Shown here in pieces: positions 18,899 through 32,607 of a stretch of DNA of 64,000 bases (position 1 is the stretch's first letter; each line of letters begins with the position of its first letter). Made by a program: the position numbers and the translations under genes. The stretch is from Bacteroidota bacterium (GTDB lineage: Bacteria; Bacteroidota; Bacteroidia; AKYH767-A; OLB10). The notes beneath the pieces are model-generated. The model did no database searches. It was not told the origin of the DNA and saw only the letters and a list, made by a program, of their open reading frames with translations. The stretch is taken from positions 2,267,331 to 2,331,330 of the forward strand of contig CP064983.1 of assembly GCA_016699635.1 (NCBI GenBank), written 5' to 3'.

Positions 18899-21202
18899 AT
18901 GACGATAAAAAGATTTTTTTTAGCTGCTTTCTGTATGCTTGCCGTTTCTCTGGTAAATGCACAAACAGCCACCATCAAAGGGTTTGTTTATGCTGCAGAA
19001 AATGGTGAGCCTGTTCCCTTTGCAAGTGTTTTTCTGAAGGGAACAACCTTTGCCTCTTTTACAGACATTAACGGTTATTATTCCATGGTGAAAATTCCTC
19101 CAGGAAAATACCGCGTAATGGCAACAACATTAGGCTACGACACTGCTTTTGCAGATGTTGATCTTGTTGCCGATGAAATGGAAAACCGTAAATTAGTGAT
19201 GAAGAAAAAAAATGTGGAGTTGAAACAGGTTGAGGTATCGGCAGAGAGACAAACAAAAAAAACAGAAGTTAAAATTGCAGTAGAGTCTGTAACACCTCAG
19301 GAAATTAAATCTCTGCCAAGTCTTGGTGCCGAAGGTGATTTGGTACAGTACATGCAGGTAGTGCCCGGTGTTGTAAGCAGTGGCGATCAGGGAGGGCAAT
19401 TGTATATCCGCGGAGGAACTCCTGTACAAAACAAAGTGTTGCTCGATGGTATGGTCATCTACAATCCGTTTCATAGCATTGGCTTGTTTAGTGTGTTTGA
19501 TACAGACATTTTAAAAAATACCGATGTTTATACTGCAGGTTTTGGTGCGCAATATGGTGGACGCATTTCATCAGTGATGGACATCACCACACGCGATGGA
19601 AATAAAAAACGTATTGGCGGAAAAGTTTCTGCAGGCACATTCCTTTCTAAAGTTTTGTTAGAAGGTCCGATAAAGAAAGCTAAAGACGAAAATGACGGAA
19701 CAGCGTCTTTCATTCTTTCAGTAAAAAATTCCTACCTCGACCAGACTTCAAAAAGTATTTACAAATATGCTTCCGATGACGGCTTGCCGTATTCTTTCAA
19801 TGATATTTATGGAAAAGTGGTTGTCAACAGTGCAAGCGGAAGTAAGGTTAGCTTTTTCGGATTTAATTTTCAAGATAAAGTAAATTACAGCAAGGTAGCA
19901 AAATACGACTGGAGTTCTTCCGGTGGTGGAATGAACTTTGTGTTGGTGCCCGGTGCATCAAAAGTATTGCTGCGTGGTAACCTCGCTTTCTCCAGCTATA
20001 AAATTAAGCTTACAGAAGCCGAAGAAAAACCACGCTCCAGCTTAGTGAATGGATTTAACATGGGCTTTAACTGGCTTTACTTTTTAAATAATGACGAAAT
20101 TAATTATGGTATTGAAGTGCAAGGCTTCAAAACCGATTTCGAATATTTTAATTATGCCAAGAGACAAATCAATCAGACAGAAAACACTACTGAAATCGGA
20201 ATCTTCTTTCGCTACAAAAAAATCATCAATAAACTCATCATTGATCCTTCCGTTCGCTTGCAGTATTATGCATCCATCTCTGAATTTTCTCCTGAACCTC
20301 GCCTTGGAATTAAATACAACCTGAGCGACAACATCAGACTTAAAGCTGCCGGTGGACTGTATGCTCAAAATCTTATTGCTGCCAACAGCGACCGCGATGT
20401 GGTAAACTTTTTCTATGGTTTCCTTTCTGCACCTGATGATTTACCTTCTGAGTTTGATGGAAAATCCGTTAAGAAAAAACTGCAGCTTGCACGTCATGCA
20501 GTTGTTGGTGTTGAATATGATATCAGCAAACATTTTGATATTAACATCGAAGGCTACATTAAAGATTTTAATCAGCTTACCAATATCAACCGCGACAAGG
20601 TTTATGATGACACTGCAAACAACTTCGACAAGCCCGACTCCGTTAAGAAAAGTTTTATCATCGAAAAAGGATTTACACAAGGTGTTGACGTTGTTTTGAA
20701 ATATGAATACAGAAGAATGTATGCATGGCTCGTTTATTCTTTGGGATTCAGCACACGCAATACAGGCAACTACGAATATGCTCCACATTTCGACAGACGA
20801 CATAATATCAATATCATCGGCTCTTATAAGTTAGGTAAAAAACTCGACTGGGAAGTTGATGCCCGCTGGAATTTCGGATCAGGTTTTCCTGTAACTTTAA
20901 ATCAGGGATTTTATCCTTATCTCAATTTTCAGGATGGACTTGCTACTGACTATACTCAGAACAATGGCGAAATGGGTGTGCTCTACGGACCATTAAATGA
21001 GTCGCGATTACCGACCTATCATCGTCTCGATATTTCAATCAAGAAAATTTTCTATCTTGCCCGACACAGTGAGCTGGAAGTGGTGGCAAGTGTTGTCAAT
21101 GTTTATAATCGTAAAAATGTGTTTTATGTTGATCGCATCAGACACAATGTGGTAAATCAATTGCCAATAATGCCATCATTGGGAGCATCGCTCACGTTTT
21201 AA
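18899..21202 (+). CDS. TonB-dependent outer-membrane receptor with an N-terminal carboxypeptidase-regulatory-like domain
   Basis: Signal peptide. CarbopepD_reg-like domain (…TIKGFVYAAENGEPVPFASVFLKG…INGYYSM…). Plug domain and a long beta-barrel ending in a C-terminal Phe (…GASLTF). Confidence 0.8.
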   Translation: MTIKRFFLAAFCMLAVSLVNAQTATIKGFVYAAENGEPVPFASVFLKGTTFASFTDINGYYSMVKIPPGKYRVMATTLGYDTAFADVDLVADEMENRKLVMKKKNVELKQVEVSAERQTKKTEVKIAVESVTPQEIKSLPSLGAEGDLVQYMQVVPGVVSSGDQGGQLYIRGGTPVQNKVLLDGMVIYNPFHSIGLFSVFDTDILKNTDVYTAGFGAQYGGRISSVMDITTRDGNKKRIGGKVSAGTFLSKVLLEGPIKKAKDENDGTASFILSVKNSYLDQTSKSIYKYASDDGLPYSFNDIYGKVVVNSASGSKVSFFGFNFQDKVNYSKVAKYDWSSSGGGMNFVLVPGASKVLLRGNLAFSSYKIKLTEAEEKPRSSLVNGFNMGFNWLYFLNNDEINYGIEVQGFKTDFEYFNYAKRQINQTENTTEIGIFFRYKKIINKLIIDPSVRLQYYASISEFSPEPRLGIKYNLSDNIRLKAAGGLYAQNLIAANSDRDVVNFFYGFLSAPDDLPSEFDGKSVKKKLQLARHAVVGVEYDISKHFDINIEGYIKDFNQLTNINRDKVYDDTANNFDKPDSVKKSFIIEKGFTQGVDVVLKYEYRRMYAWLVYSLGFSTRNTGNYEYAPHFDRRHNINIIGSYKLGKKLDWEVDARWNFGSGFPVTLNQGFYPYLNFQDGLATDYTQNNGEMGVLYGPLNESRLPTYHRLDISIKKIFYLARHSELEVVASVVNVYNRKNVFYVDRIRHNVVNQLPIMPSLGASLTF

Positions 21203-21214
21203 TTTTGCAATGTC

Positions 21215-22118
21215 ATGCTGCGTATTTTATTGACAGGAAGTAATGGATTGCTGGGGCAGAAAATTGTTTATGCAGCTATAAAGCATAGCGACATACAACT
21301 GCTTGCAACTTCTAAAGGTGAAAACCGTTTGCATACAAAAGCAGGCTATGACTATGTTTCAATGGATATTACCAATGCTGATGAAGTAACTGCCATTGTT
21401 GAGAATTTTAAGCCGCATTGTATCATCAACACTGCTGCAATGACCAATGTTGATGCCTGCGAAAAAGATCAGGAAAATTGCTGGAAGATGAATGTAGAAG
21501 CAGTCAGGACAATGACTGAACTGTGTCAACTTCATGACATACATTTTATTCATCTGAGTACCGATTTTGTTTTTGATGGTGAAAAAGGGCAACTACAGCG
21601 AAGAAGATGCCCCCAATCCGTTGAGTCATTATGCCCGCAGTAAATTTGAATCGGAAAAAGTTGTGCAGCAAGCAGAAATAGATTCTGCTATTTTACGTAC
21701 AATCATCATTTATGGAGTAGTGGATGACAAGCAAAGAAGTAATGTTGTTATCTGGACAATAAACTCACTGCGTCAGCAAAAAAATATCAATGTCATCAGC
21801 GATCAGATGCGCTCACCTACACTTGCCGAAGATCTTGCTGATGCCTGCCTGCAGGCTGCATTAAAACGCGCAACAGGAATATATCATGTATCCGGCAGTG
21901 AAACTATGAGCATTCTTGAAATGGTAAACCGTACAGCAGATTTTTTTCAGCTGGATAAAAAATATATTCATCCCATCACTACTGCTCAACTCAATCAACC
22001 TGCAAAACGTCCTTTGCTAACAGGTTTTAATATTGATAAAGCAAAACGTGAATTAAACTTTCAGCCTCACACCTTGCAGCAAGGTTTGGAAATTGTAAAG
22101 AGTCAATTAGAAAATTAA
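21215..22118 (+). CDS. rfbD: dTDP-4-dehydrorhamnose reductase, one apparent frameshift near 21590
   Basis: Rossmann N-terminus (MLRILLTGSNGLLGQ…). RmlD motifs (…STDFVFDGEKG / …EEDAPNPLSHYARSKFESE…, …SDQMRSPT…). The two ORFs 21215..21643 and 21567..22118 together cover a full RmlD. Confidence 0.75.
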
Positions 22119-22124
22119 GTCAGA

Positions 22125-23694
22125 CTAAAAAGGATCTTCGTCAGGCATGTCGTTCATTTTTGAACCACGTGTGTAACGATTCTCTGCTTCAACATTCGGA
22201 TTAGGTATTCTAACCTTATTGCTTTCATCAGTATAGCCATATATTGCTTTATCTTGTGGTGTCTGATTTTCTAGCTCACGGTCTTTAAACTTAGTATATT
22301 GACCAATAAAGGTGAGTTTAACGGTATTTAAAGAACCATTTCTGTTTTTGGCAATAATAATTTCTGCAGTATTTTTTTGTTGAATGGCCTTCATCATCTA
22401 CATCCATACCATAATATTCCGGGCGGTAAATAAACATTACCATATCAGCATCCTGCTCAATAGCTCCTGACTCACGAAGGTCGCTCAATTGCGGGCGCTT
22501 AGAAGCTGTTCCGCGCTTTTCTACTTCACGACTCAACTGCGACAAACAAATTATCGGAACTTCTAATTCTTTAGCTATAGCTTTTAATGAACGCGAAATG
22601 GTACTGATTTCCTGCTCACGGTTTCCATTACGATTGTCTGTTCCTGCCACCATCAATTGCATATAATCAATAATGATGAGTTGTACTTTCTTTTCTGCAA
22701 CAAGTCTTCTGCACTTGGCACGAAGTTCAAAAACCGATAATGCCGGGGTATCATCAATAAAAATAGGTGCATCAGAAAGCGGAGCGATTTTGCTGTTTAG
22801 CTGTTGCCATTGATGTTCTGCAAGTTGCCCTTTTCTGATGGCTTCTGAAGTTATTTCTGCCTGTGAAGAAAGCAAACGGTTTACCAACTGAACACTTGAC
22901 ATCTCCAATGAGAAAAACGCAACCGGTCTGTTGAATTGTAATGCGGCATTGGCTGCTAACGATAGGGTAAAGGCTGTTTTTCCCATACCCGGTCTTGCAG
23001 CAACAATTATCAAATCAGATTTTTGCCATCCTGCTGTTATACGATCTAAGTCAGTAAAGCCACTTTCTACTCCTGTAATGCCTTGTGTTTGTTTTGATGC
23101 AATTTCTATTTCCCTAATGGCTTTGGTAATAAGAGAATTCATGTTTTCGTAATTTCTGCGAATGTTTCCTTCTGCAATTGAAAATAAATTTTTCTCTGCA
23201 TCGTCCAGCATCTTCAAAACATCTGATGTGTCTTCATAAGCACTCTTTATAGTTTCACTCGAAATACGAATCAACTCACGCTGAATAAATTTTTGAAGGA
23301 TAATCCGCGCATGATATTCAATGTTAGCCGCAGAAGCAATTCTGTTGGTCAACTGTGTAATATAAAATGCACCACCTACTAATTCTAAATCGCCTGCTTT
23401 TTTTAGCGCATGAGTTACTGTTAGAATATCTATGGGCTCAGCTTTATTAAAAAGATCATGTATGACTTTAAATATCTTCTGATGCGCTTCTTTATAGAAA
23501 GCTTCTGTATGTAAAATATCTATAACAGCAGTGAGTGCATTTTTTTCAAGCATTAATGCGCCTAATACTGCTTCTTCCATATCCACAGCCTGTGGTGGAA
23601 TTTTGCCTAATCCTAATGCAATCTGTTGATTTGTTAACGACTTGGGAGCTACTTTCTTTTTTGCACTCCTGCCTGCTTCCACATTTTCTTCCAT
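22125..23694 (-). CDS. dnaB: Replicative DNA helicase DnaB, apparent frameshift near 22390
   Basis: DnaB N-terminal domain and RecA-like core with Walker A (…AARPGMGKTAF…) and Walker B (…IIIDYMQLM…). The C-terminal segment (…IIIAKNRNGSLNTVKLTFIGQYTKF…) lies in a second ORF 22125..22397. Confidence 0.85.
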
Positions 23695-23791
23695 GCAGCA
23701 AATTTAGTCAATTGCCACGCCCCCTTCTCCGAAAATATTTTTAAATAATTTTCAACACGTATTTAACAGAAAAATTTTGTATGCAAAAAAA

Positions 23792-25752
23792 TTAATGAAC
23801 TGATAATATAGTGATTTCTGTTCTTCTGTTTTTTGCCTTTCCTTCCTCAGTTGTATTATCTGACACAGGTTTTGTTTCTCCATAACCCCTGGAAATCAAT
23901 CGCGATGCTTCAATGCCTGATGTAATAAGATAATCACAAACCGATTTTGCTCGCTTGTCAGACAACAGCATGTTTGCTTTGTCATCACCTACATTATCAG
24001 TATGCCCTCCAATTTCAAGTTTTGCAATGGCATTACTTTTAATAAAACTCACCAGTTTATTTAACTCTGTTTTTGATTCAGGTTTTAGTTCTGCAGAATT
24101 GGTGTCAAAGAAAATATTATTCAAAGCCATGGTGCTGCCATCTTTCACGGGTTTAAGTCTTACTATCAACTGCTTTGCATTTTAATATCCGATGGTTTAT
24201 CCATTTCAAAATGATCGGAGTAGAAAAGATATTTTCGCTTCGACACATTAAGCATATAATTTTTTCCATAAGGCAAGGTCACCATAAACTCTCCTGTGTT
24301 TTTGTCAGAATAAGATTCTACAACTGTCTTGCCCGATTCAATATCAATGATTTCAAATTTTGCATCGGCAGGTTTTTTTGTTTCATCATCATACACATAT
24401 CCTATTGCATAACTCACAGGGTCTGGTTTAATTTTATCATACAAGTCGAAACTGTAAATATCCAAACCTCCTAATCCACCTTCTCTGTTGCTGCTGAAAT
24501 AGGCTTTATCGCCCGAAGGACTTACAATCAATCCTGCTTCATTGGCAAATGTATTTATTGGATATCCTAAGTTTACTGCTTTGCCCCACTGACCATCAGC
24601 CTGGCGTTTACTCATAAAGATATCTGAGCCTCCCATGCCCGGCCATCCGTCAGAAACAAAATATAACGTTTGATTATCCGGGTGAATAAATACGGCTTCT
24701 TCTTTTCCTGCTGTGTTGATGTTGTTGTTTAGTTTCACCGGTGTACTCCATCCTTTTTCACTCACCTCACTCATAAAAATGTCCTGATCGTTGGTGCGGC
24801 TGTTGCTGCCACGAACAAAGTATAAGGTCTTGCCATCACTCGAAAAAGAAGGTTGCGATTCCCATGCACCTGTGTTCACTGGCGAGCCAAGATTGATTGG
24901 CTTTCCCCATACATCACCAAATTTTCTGGAGTAATAAATATCACATGAACCTTTACTTTCAGGTCGGTCACATGCCGTAAAAAATATCAGTTGGCCATCA
25001 GCACTGTATGATGGTGCTCCTTCATTTAACTCTGTATTTACCGGTGCACCCACATTTTTTGCCTTACCCCAACTGCTGTCCTGCTGCAAAGTGCTTATAT
25101 AAAAATCTTCCTGTCATTCGTAAATATCGCTCTTAATCTTTCGTGTAAATAACATTCGTTTACTATCTACTGTAATAGAAGGAAAATATTCATCCATATC
25201 TGAATTTATACCTGCACCTGCATTTACCGGTGAAAAAGGTACAGGATGTTGCAGTGCATCTTTTGCAAATTCACAGGATGCTATCAGGTTTTTTGCTTCT
25301 TCTTTCTTGTCAGGTTTTGCAGTTTCCATTTTCACAAATTCATTGAAGTGAACCAATGCATCATCATATCTTCCTGATTCCAATTCATACCTTCCTAATG
25401 CATAAAAATTGTTTGGGAAAAAACGAGGGTTTATTGCAACAGCTTTTTTATAAGCTTCAATAGCGGCAGGTATGTTATTGTTGTCGGCTTGCAAATCGCC
25501 AAGAAGCATGTATGCTTCAATAAAATTCGGATCAGCTTTAATGGCATTTTCTGTTTCGGAAATTGCTTTGGCTGTCTGCCTCGAATCATAATATTTTAAA
25601 GCCTGTTCAATATTTTTCACAGCTCTTGACGAAGTTGAAGTATAGGTTTGTTTTTGTGCAAATGCTGCACTGACAAAAAATGCAAATATTAAAACCAAAA
25701 ATTGTTTAATCATTACCTGATAATTTATTGCAAATATAAAAACAGAACGCAC
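23792..25752 (-). CDS. TPR-repeat / PD40 (TolB-like WD40) / OmpA-domain outer-membrane-associated protein, two apparent frameshifts
   Basis: Three collinear ORFs. 25114..25752 carries a signal peptide and TPR repeats. 24166..25089 carries PD40 beta-propeller repeats (…SADGQLIFFT…, …SSDGKTLYFV…, …SPSGDKAYFSS…). 23792..24169 is an OmpA C-terminal domain (…NIFFDTNSAELKPES…LEIGGHTDNVG…). Confidence 0.7.
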
Positions 25753-25979
25753 TTATTATATGAAAGTATGGTGTGAATCAGTGTGTCACAAAAATTATTT
25801 TATCAGAAACTGATATCGCCATTGAGTTGATAGTAGTTGTAATAGAATCAGAATACCGCATAAAAGTATTCAGAATGGTGATTTATGAGGAAGTTTTCTT
25901 ATTACTTTTGAGTTTTAAAATGAAATTTTAAATGTTCTTATTTGAATACTTATGTTAATGATAATTCATTCAAATTAAA

Positions 25980-26790
25980 GTGACAAAGTCCAGTAATATT
26001 TATATTCCAAACAATGAAGTCGAAAAGACATTCATAAAATGTATTTGGCGACTTTCAGAATATGATATTCAGGAAAGAAAAGAAATTATCCTTCCCAAAG
26101 GTACAGTTGAAATTATTTTTAATTTTTCTGATAAAATCAACTACTTCAGTCCTTCATATAAAATTGAAAAATCACTACCTGATGTCTTTGTAAATGGAAT
26201 TAATTTTAAGCCATTCGAACTTACTAAAACCAAACAACAAAAATTTCTGGGAGTACAATTGAACAGTATCGGGCTGCGATTACTTTTTTAAAATTCCGTC
26301 TTTTGAGTTGAATAACATTGTTTGCGATGGAAATGATATTTGTAAACAACTCAGTAACCTTGCTAATGATTTAAATGGAGAGGAGGAATTTAGTCAACAG
26401 GTTAAAATTATTTTATCGTGGATTAGAAACACAGTTTCTTTTAATCAAATTAAGTATGCAACAAGCCGTGCTGAAAAGTTAACAAGTTGTATTTGTTATA
26501 ATAATCTCACAGTAAAAAAGTTAAGTAAAGAAATAGGTTTGTCAGAACGCCAACTAAGCAGGTTCTCGAATGATTGGTTGGGGATGAGCACAGAACAATT
26601 TATTCATTACAGAAAGTATCTTAATTGCTTAAATCTGCTTCACCAATCAAAACAAAACCTCACAGCATTGGGCATGCAGGCAGGGTATTACGACCAATCA
26701 CATTTTATTCATCAGTTTAAATCATTTACTGACATGACGCCCCGCCAATACAGAGAAGCAAAGACAGATTTGCCTGGACATATTTATTAA
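25980..26790 (+). CDS. AraC-family transcriptional regulator, apparent frameshift near 26295
   Basis: C-terminal AraC HTH pair (…LTVKKLSKEIGLSERQLSRFS…, …ALGMQAGYYDQSHFIHQFKSFTDMTPRQYRE…). The upstream ORF 25980..26291 supplies the N-terminal effector domain. Confidence 0.65.
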
Positions 26791-26873
26791 GCACATGGAA
26801 TGTCCGAATTGTACAATTTTTATTTTTATTTCTTTTTGAATTTTGCTGTTAACTTTTTCTAAACAGCTAAATC

Positions 26874-27908
26874 ATGATTTATAAATTCTCACTCATTGAA
26901 AAAATACTTTTGTCAAACGACATCATTCCGCATCCCTTTGCTGATGCATCCTTTTCCGTAGGGCTGTCTCTGGCGTTAGGAAGTGCTATAAAGCTGAAAA
27001 TTGCAGATCAACTCTCTACAGACTTTAAAGAAGTGAGACAAATTGCAAAAGAAGCAAGTGTGAGTGAGGTAGGAGCAGAGTTGACTCTTGATTGTTTAGA
27101 TGCTTTAGGATATGTTCAGAAGAAGGGTTCTCAGTATGCTTTCACAAAAAGAGGGTTTAAGAATTTGTCAACGCAATCTCCTGATAATTTCAGGTATTTT
27201 ATTTTGTTCTGTGATAATTTGTATAAAGGTTATTTAAGCTTAGACGAAACTATTCGATTGGGTAAAAGTGCTAAGGCTGATTTATTGAGTATGACAGATT
27301 ATGATTGGGAGTTGTTTTCGAGAGCAATGATTGATATTTCTAAAACGAATTATAAAGAAGTAGTGGGCAAAATTCCGGTTTCAAAGTCTGCAACAAAACT
27401 CCTTGACCTGGGCGGCTTGCATGGCTTATACAGTATTGAACTCTGTAAACGAAATCCAAGTCTTAAAGCAACTATTGTTGATTTGCCTCCGGTAAAGAAA
27501 TATGCTGACGAATGTATTGCCAAGTATAATGCTTCAGGAAATGTTTCTTTTCTTCCTGCAGATTTTATGAAAGACGATATTCCAATGGGTGTTGATGTTA
27601 TTCTCGCATTTAATATTATTCACGGTTTCAATCCTTCAGAGAATGAAATATTAGCAAAGAAGGTATTTGATTCACTGAATGCAGGAGGCATTTTTATTAT
27701 TCTTGATCAGATTAAAGGTATTGGAGGAAACTCTCAGATGTCGAAGGCAACCACTTCTTATATGGCTTTAAATTTACTACATGAGGCAGGAGGAAAAACT
27801 TATTCCAAGTCAGAAATTGATATTTACACAAGTAAAGTTGGTTTCAGGAAGACAGAATTAAAAAAACTACATGCTCCGGGTTTTGGATTGATAATTTGCT
27901 ATAAATAA
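26874..27908 (+). CDS. Class I SAM-dependent O-methyltransferase (family 2, with N-terminal dimerisation/winged-helix domain)
   Basis: SAM-binding motif I (…LLDLGGLHGLYSIEL…) and post-I acidic residue (…IVDLP…). OMT-family C-terminal motifs (…DVILAFNIIHGF…, …GGIFIILDQI…). Confidence 0.75.
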   Translation: MIYKFSLIEKILLSNDIIPHPFADASFSVGLSLALGSAIKLKIADQLSTDFKEVRQIAKEASVSEVGAELTLDCLDALGYVQKKGSQYAFTKRGFKNLSTQSPDNFRYFILFCDNLYKGYLSLDETIRLGKSAKADLLSMTDYDWELFSRAMIDISKTNYKEVVGKIPVSKSATKLLDLGGLHGLYSIELCKRNPSLKATIVDLPPVKKYADECIAKYNASGNVSFLPADFMKDDIPMGVDVILAFNIIHGFNPSENEILAKKVFDSLNAGGIFIILDQIKGIGGNSQMSKATTSYMALNLLHEAGGKTYSKSEIDIYTSKVGFRKTELKKLHAPGFGLIICYK

Positions 27909-28015
27909 GGAGATTTCTTAAGGTAAGTTATTTTACAGAAGGCTACTTCGTAAATGGTAATACCGTTAGTTGAAAAGATACAATTTGCGCTACTTTGATT
28001 GGGTTTTGAAATAAA

Positions 28016-29407
<1,392 letters not shown>

Positions 29408-29477
29408 TGGATTTTATTTTTATTACTCACAAACTTAATAAAAACAACTTTTAAACTCAATGTTCAAAATCAAGCAG

Positions 29478-29512
29478 CAATAAAAAAAGCTGCTCTTGTG
29501 AAGCAGCTTTTT
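29478..29512. terminator. Hairpin flanked by A-run and T-run (bidirectional rho-independent terminator candidate)
   Basis: aaaaaaAGCTGCTcttgtgaAGCAGCTtttttt lies between the stop of the M43 protease gene and the next gene. Confidence 0.55.
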
Positions 29513-29531
29513 TTATCATTACTTATGTTTT

Positions 29532-31724
29532 TTAATTCACAGATATACGTTGTTTTTTCAAACCGTTTACTGTCTGCACCTCAAGCATGTAAATGCCTTT
29601 AGCCGGAGCATCAAGTTTTAAACGATAGGTTCCGTTTCCGGATGGTGTTAATTCTTTGTGCATCACAACAGCACCTTTAACATCAATTACACGTACCAAA
29701 ACATTTTCTTTCAGGTCGCTTTGCGGTACAATCAATGTAAATTCTCCTTGTGATGGATTTGGGAACACCACTAAATTGTTGCTCGGTGTCATAACTTCTC
29801 TTATTCCTGTTGAAGTACATACTATCGGAAATATTGCATGTGCTACATTTAAATCCCATGAGTTAGTGGCGTCAGAATAAGCATACCAAGTGCCTGTACT
29901 AAATTGTTCATAAGCTGTGCCCGGAATGGTATTTCCATCTCTGCTGGTGTAAATAGCTAAGGTATCACCTGCATTATATGTGAAATGTACACCAACGTAA
30001 TAATTACCAACGCCAATACTTACATTCGGATTAAAATCAATAATAGTTGGTAAAGTACCTGCTGCATCTGCAGCAATCTGATCGTAAGTAACATTTACGC
30101 TTCCAATTGCAGTTCCGGGCATACCACCGGTTCCGGTTGCATCCCAAACTCGAGCACTTGCCGTTTGTCCTGTACCTGATGATGTACCAACACCAAAGTA
30201 AATCAACGCACCATCTACAGTTGTATTAGGTGTTGTGTTGGAGTATTTGTCTGCTTTTGCTTGATCTGAATAGGTGTTTTGTCCTGAAACATATCCATTT
30301 GCTGGTGTAGTGCCGGCTAAATAAACAGTAGCTGTATCGCCTACTAAGTCAAAATTTGAAATAGTGTCGCATGTAGAAGTACCACCTGCTGTAACTACAA
30401 TGTAGTTGTTCTTTGTAAGTGTATTGCTTCCATTTGAATTAGTTGCAGTTAAAGAAACATTATAAGTTCCTGCAGTCGCATAAACTATATTACTTGGATT
30501 TTGTGCTGTTGAGGATGATGGAGTTCCACCTGGGAATGACCATGACCACGATGTTGGTGAATTGCTGCTTTGATCAGTAAAGTTTACACTGCCACCGGGA
30601 GCAATAGTTGTTGTATTTGCAGTAAATTGTGCTGTTGGTCCAGCTGAAGGTGCGCTGCAACCTAGTGATGTTGCTAAGGGTGCACGGTATGTTCCGTTAG
30701 CCATTGCAATTTGCATTCTTGATTTTTGTCCTGCAGTAAACATATTCAGACATTTGTCATAACAGTAGTCCATATAGTTCATCCACATATCTCCATTTGG
30801 ACCATTATTACATGTTACTAATGGAAAAGAAGGACATGGATAAGGCGGATTTTGTCCACCATAATTTGCAGTTTGTTGTGTTGGCGTGTCAGATACATAG
30901 TCATTTCCACAATTAGCATCGCCCCAAATATGACGCAGACCTAACCAGTGACCTATTTCATGCGTTGCTGTACGGCCTTTATTGTATAAAGCATCTAAGG
31001 TACCAACACGACCAAAAGATTTATACCAAACTACTACACCATCATTGGTGGCCGTACCGTAACTTCCTGTCAAACCTGTTAATGTACTGTTTAAAGGAAA
31101 TGTAGCATGGTAAAGCAATTGATTCCCTGAAGCGGAATAATCAGGAACAACCCAAATATTTAAGTATTGTGTAGGATCCCAAATGGTTGCCGGTTTTATG
31201 GTGCCGTCAATATAGGTTTTTGTATATGGAGGTGCAGTCCAGCCTTGTGTATTTCTGTTAATACGATCAATTCCATTTGTAGGATTACCACTTGGATCAC
31301 GTTGTGCCAAACAGAAGTTGATTTCGCAATCTGCAGCTACCGCACCAAACACAGAAGGAGTTGATGTGGTGTCAGGATTTTGTCTGCGGTAATCTTCATT
31401 CAAAACTGCAATCTGAGAATTAATTTGTGCATCGCTGATGTTTTGGTTTACACCCACATTGGTTCCATTATGAATTACGTGAACAACAACAGGAATGTTG
31501 TAAACCACCTGCATTTTATTTGCATTCGGCTCTTTCATTTTAGCGGCCATCCATGTTTCATATTCCAATGGAAGTTCACCGGTTCCGCATTGACGTTGTG
31601 TCATTGTCGGCTGCTCTTTGATATTGATGCCGGCTTTTCTTTGTGCATTAGCCGAAATAATTGTTGTTGCGGCTAATAATGTTAGTAAAACTTTTTTCAT
31701 TAATAATGATTTTATAATTTTCAA
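29532..31724 (-). CDS. Secreted zinc metalloprotease, M43 (pappalysin/cytophagalysin) family, with PKD-like domain(s) and a T9SS C-terminal sorting domain
   Basis: Signal peptide. Metzincin motif HEIGHWLGLRHIWGD. Beta-rich repeat region. C-terminal Por domain (…LVVFPNPSQGEFTLIV…GIYMLEVQT…). Confidence 0.8.
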   Translation of the reverse strand: MKIIKSLLMKKVLLTLLAATTIISANAQRKAGINIKEQPTMTQRQCGTGELPLEYETWMAAKMKEPNANKMQVVYNIPVVVHVIHNGTNVGVNQNISDAQINSQIAVLNEDYRRQNPDTTSTPSVFGAVAADCEINFCLAQRDPSGNPTNGIDRINRNTQGWTAPPYTKTYIDGTIKPATIWDPTQYLNIWVVPDYSASGNQLLYHATFPLNSTLTGLTGSYGTATNDGVVVWYKSFGRVGTLDALYNKGRTATHEIGHWLGLRHIWGDANCGNDYVSDTPTQQTANYGGQNPPYPCPSFPLVTCNNGPNGDMWMNYMDYCYDKCLNMFTAGQKSRMQIAMANGTYRAPLATSLGCSAPSAGPTAQFTANTTTIAPGGSVNFTDQSSNSPTSWSWSFPGGTPSSSTAQNPSNIVYATAGTYNVSLTATNSNGSNTLTKNNYIVVTAGGTSTCDTISNFDLVGDTATVYLAGTTPANGYVSGQNTYSDQAKADKYSNTTPNTTVDGALIYFGVGTSSGTGQTASARVWDATGTGGMPGTAIGSVNVTYDQIAADAAGTLPTIIDFNPNVSIGVGNYYVGVHFTYNAGDTLAIYTSRDGNTIPGTAYEQFSTGTWYAYSDATNSWDLNVAHAIFPIVCTSTGIREVMTPSNNLVVFPNPSQGEFTLIVPQSDLKENVLVRVIDVKGAVVMHKELTPSGNGTYRLKLDAPAKGIYMLEVQTVNGLKKQRISVN

Positions 31725-31915
31725 ATAAAAATTGAGACGGTAAATCTAAAAAAAAATCAAATTCGTGCAGCAAATTCAAAAACAAAATTTGAATTTATTT
31801 CGAATTATCTTTTCAATAAATTTTTTTCATCATTTTGTTGTTTACTACTGACTTTCAATTAAACATTTATGGTCGTTTTCTTCATTTTAAGGCTTGTTTT
31901 TCTCAACTTTGTGCC

Positions 31916-32571
31916 ATGTTTAATCAGATAGGTTTAATAATTTACAAAGAATGGAAATTAGAGTGGCGCAACCGAGCCGCTATGGCCGGTCTTATGGTTT
32001 TTATTCTATCAGGTGTTTATATCAGTTATCTCAGTTTTAAGAAAATTGTAGATGTTTCGGCTTGGAATGCTTTGTTCTGGCTGCTTATTTTGTTTATGGC
32101 TGTAAATGCACTTGCAAAAGCTTCATGGCAGAATCGCGTGGTCTTCAGTTATTCTATTATTCATTTCTGAATCCTTATGCCGTAATTTTAGGAAAGATAA
32201 TTTATAATGGTTTGATGTTGTTTCTTTTCGGCATCATCACTTTTTTTATCTATGGAATTTTACTGGGTAATCCTGTGCAGGACATAGGCATGTTTATCCT
32301 TACTGTTTTATTAGGGTGCTTTGGAATTTCATCTGTGCTGACTATGATTTCCGCCATTGCATCCCGTGCAGGGCATCAGTCAAGCCTCATGGCAATTTTA
32401 GGTTTTCCTGTTTTATTGCCTTTGCTGATTGTTTTAATTCATCTTTCTAAAAATGCTATTGACGGTATTGATTTTTCAGTGAATTTAAAATACCTAACCA
32501 TGCTAACAGCTTTGAATTTACTCGTACCTTCTTTAGCCTACATTTTATTTCCCTACCTTTGGCGCGAATAA
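31916..32571 (+). CDS. ccmB: Haem exporter permease CcmB (System I cytochrome c maturation), apparent frameshift near 32100
   Basis: CcmB-family N-terminal motif (…KEWKLEWRNRAA…). Six predicted TM helices spread over the two overlapping ORFs 31835..32170 and 32062..32571. Confidence 0.65.
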
Positions 32572-32607
32572 TTATCTTCATGTTGACATTAAAGTTCTTT
32601 TTTCATC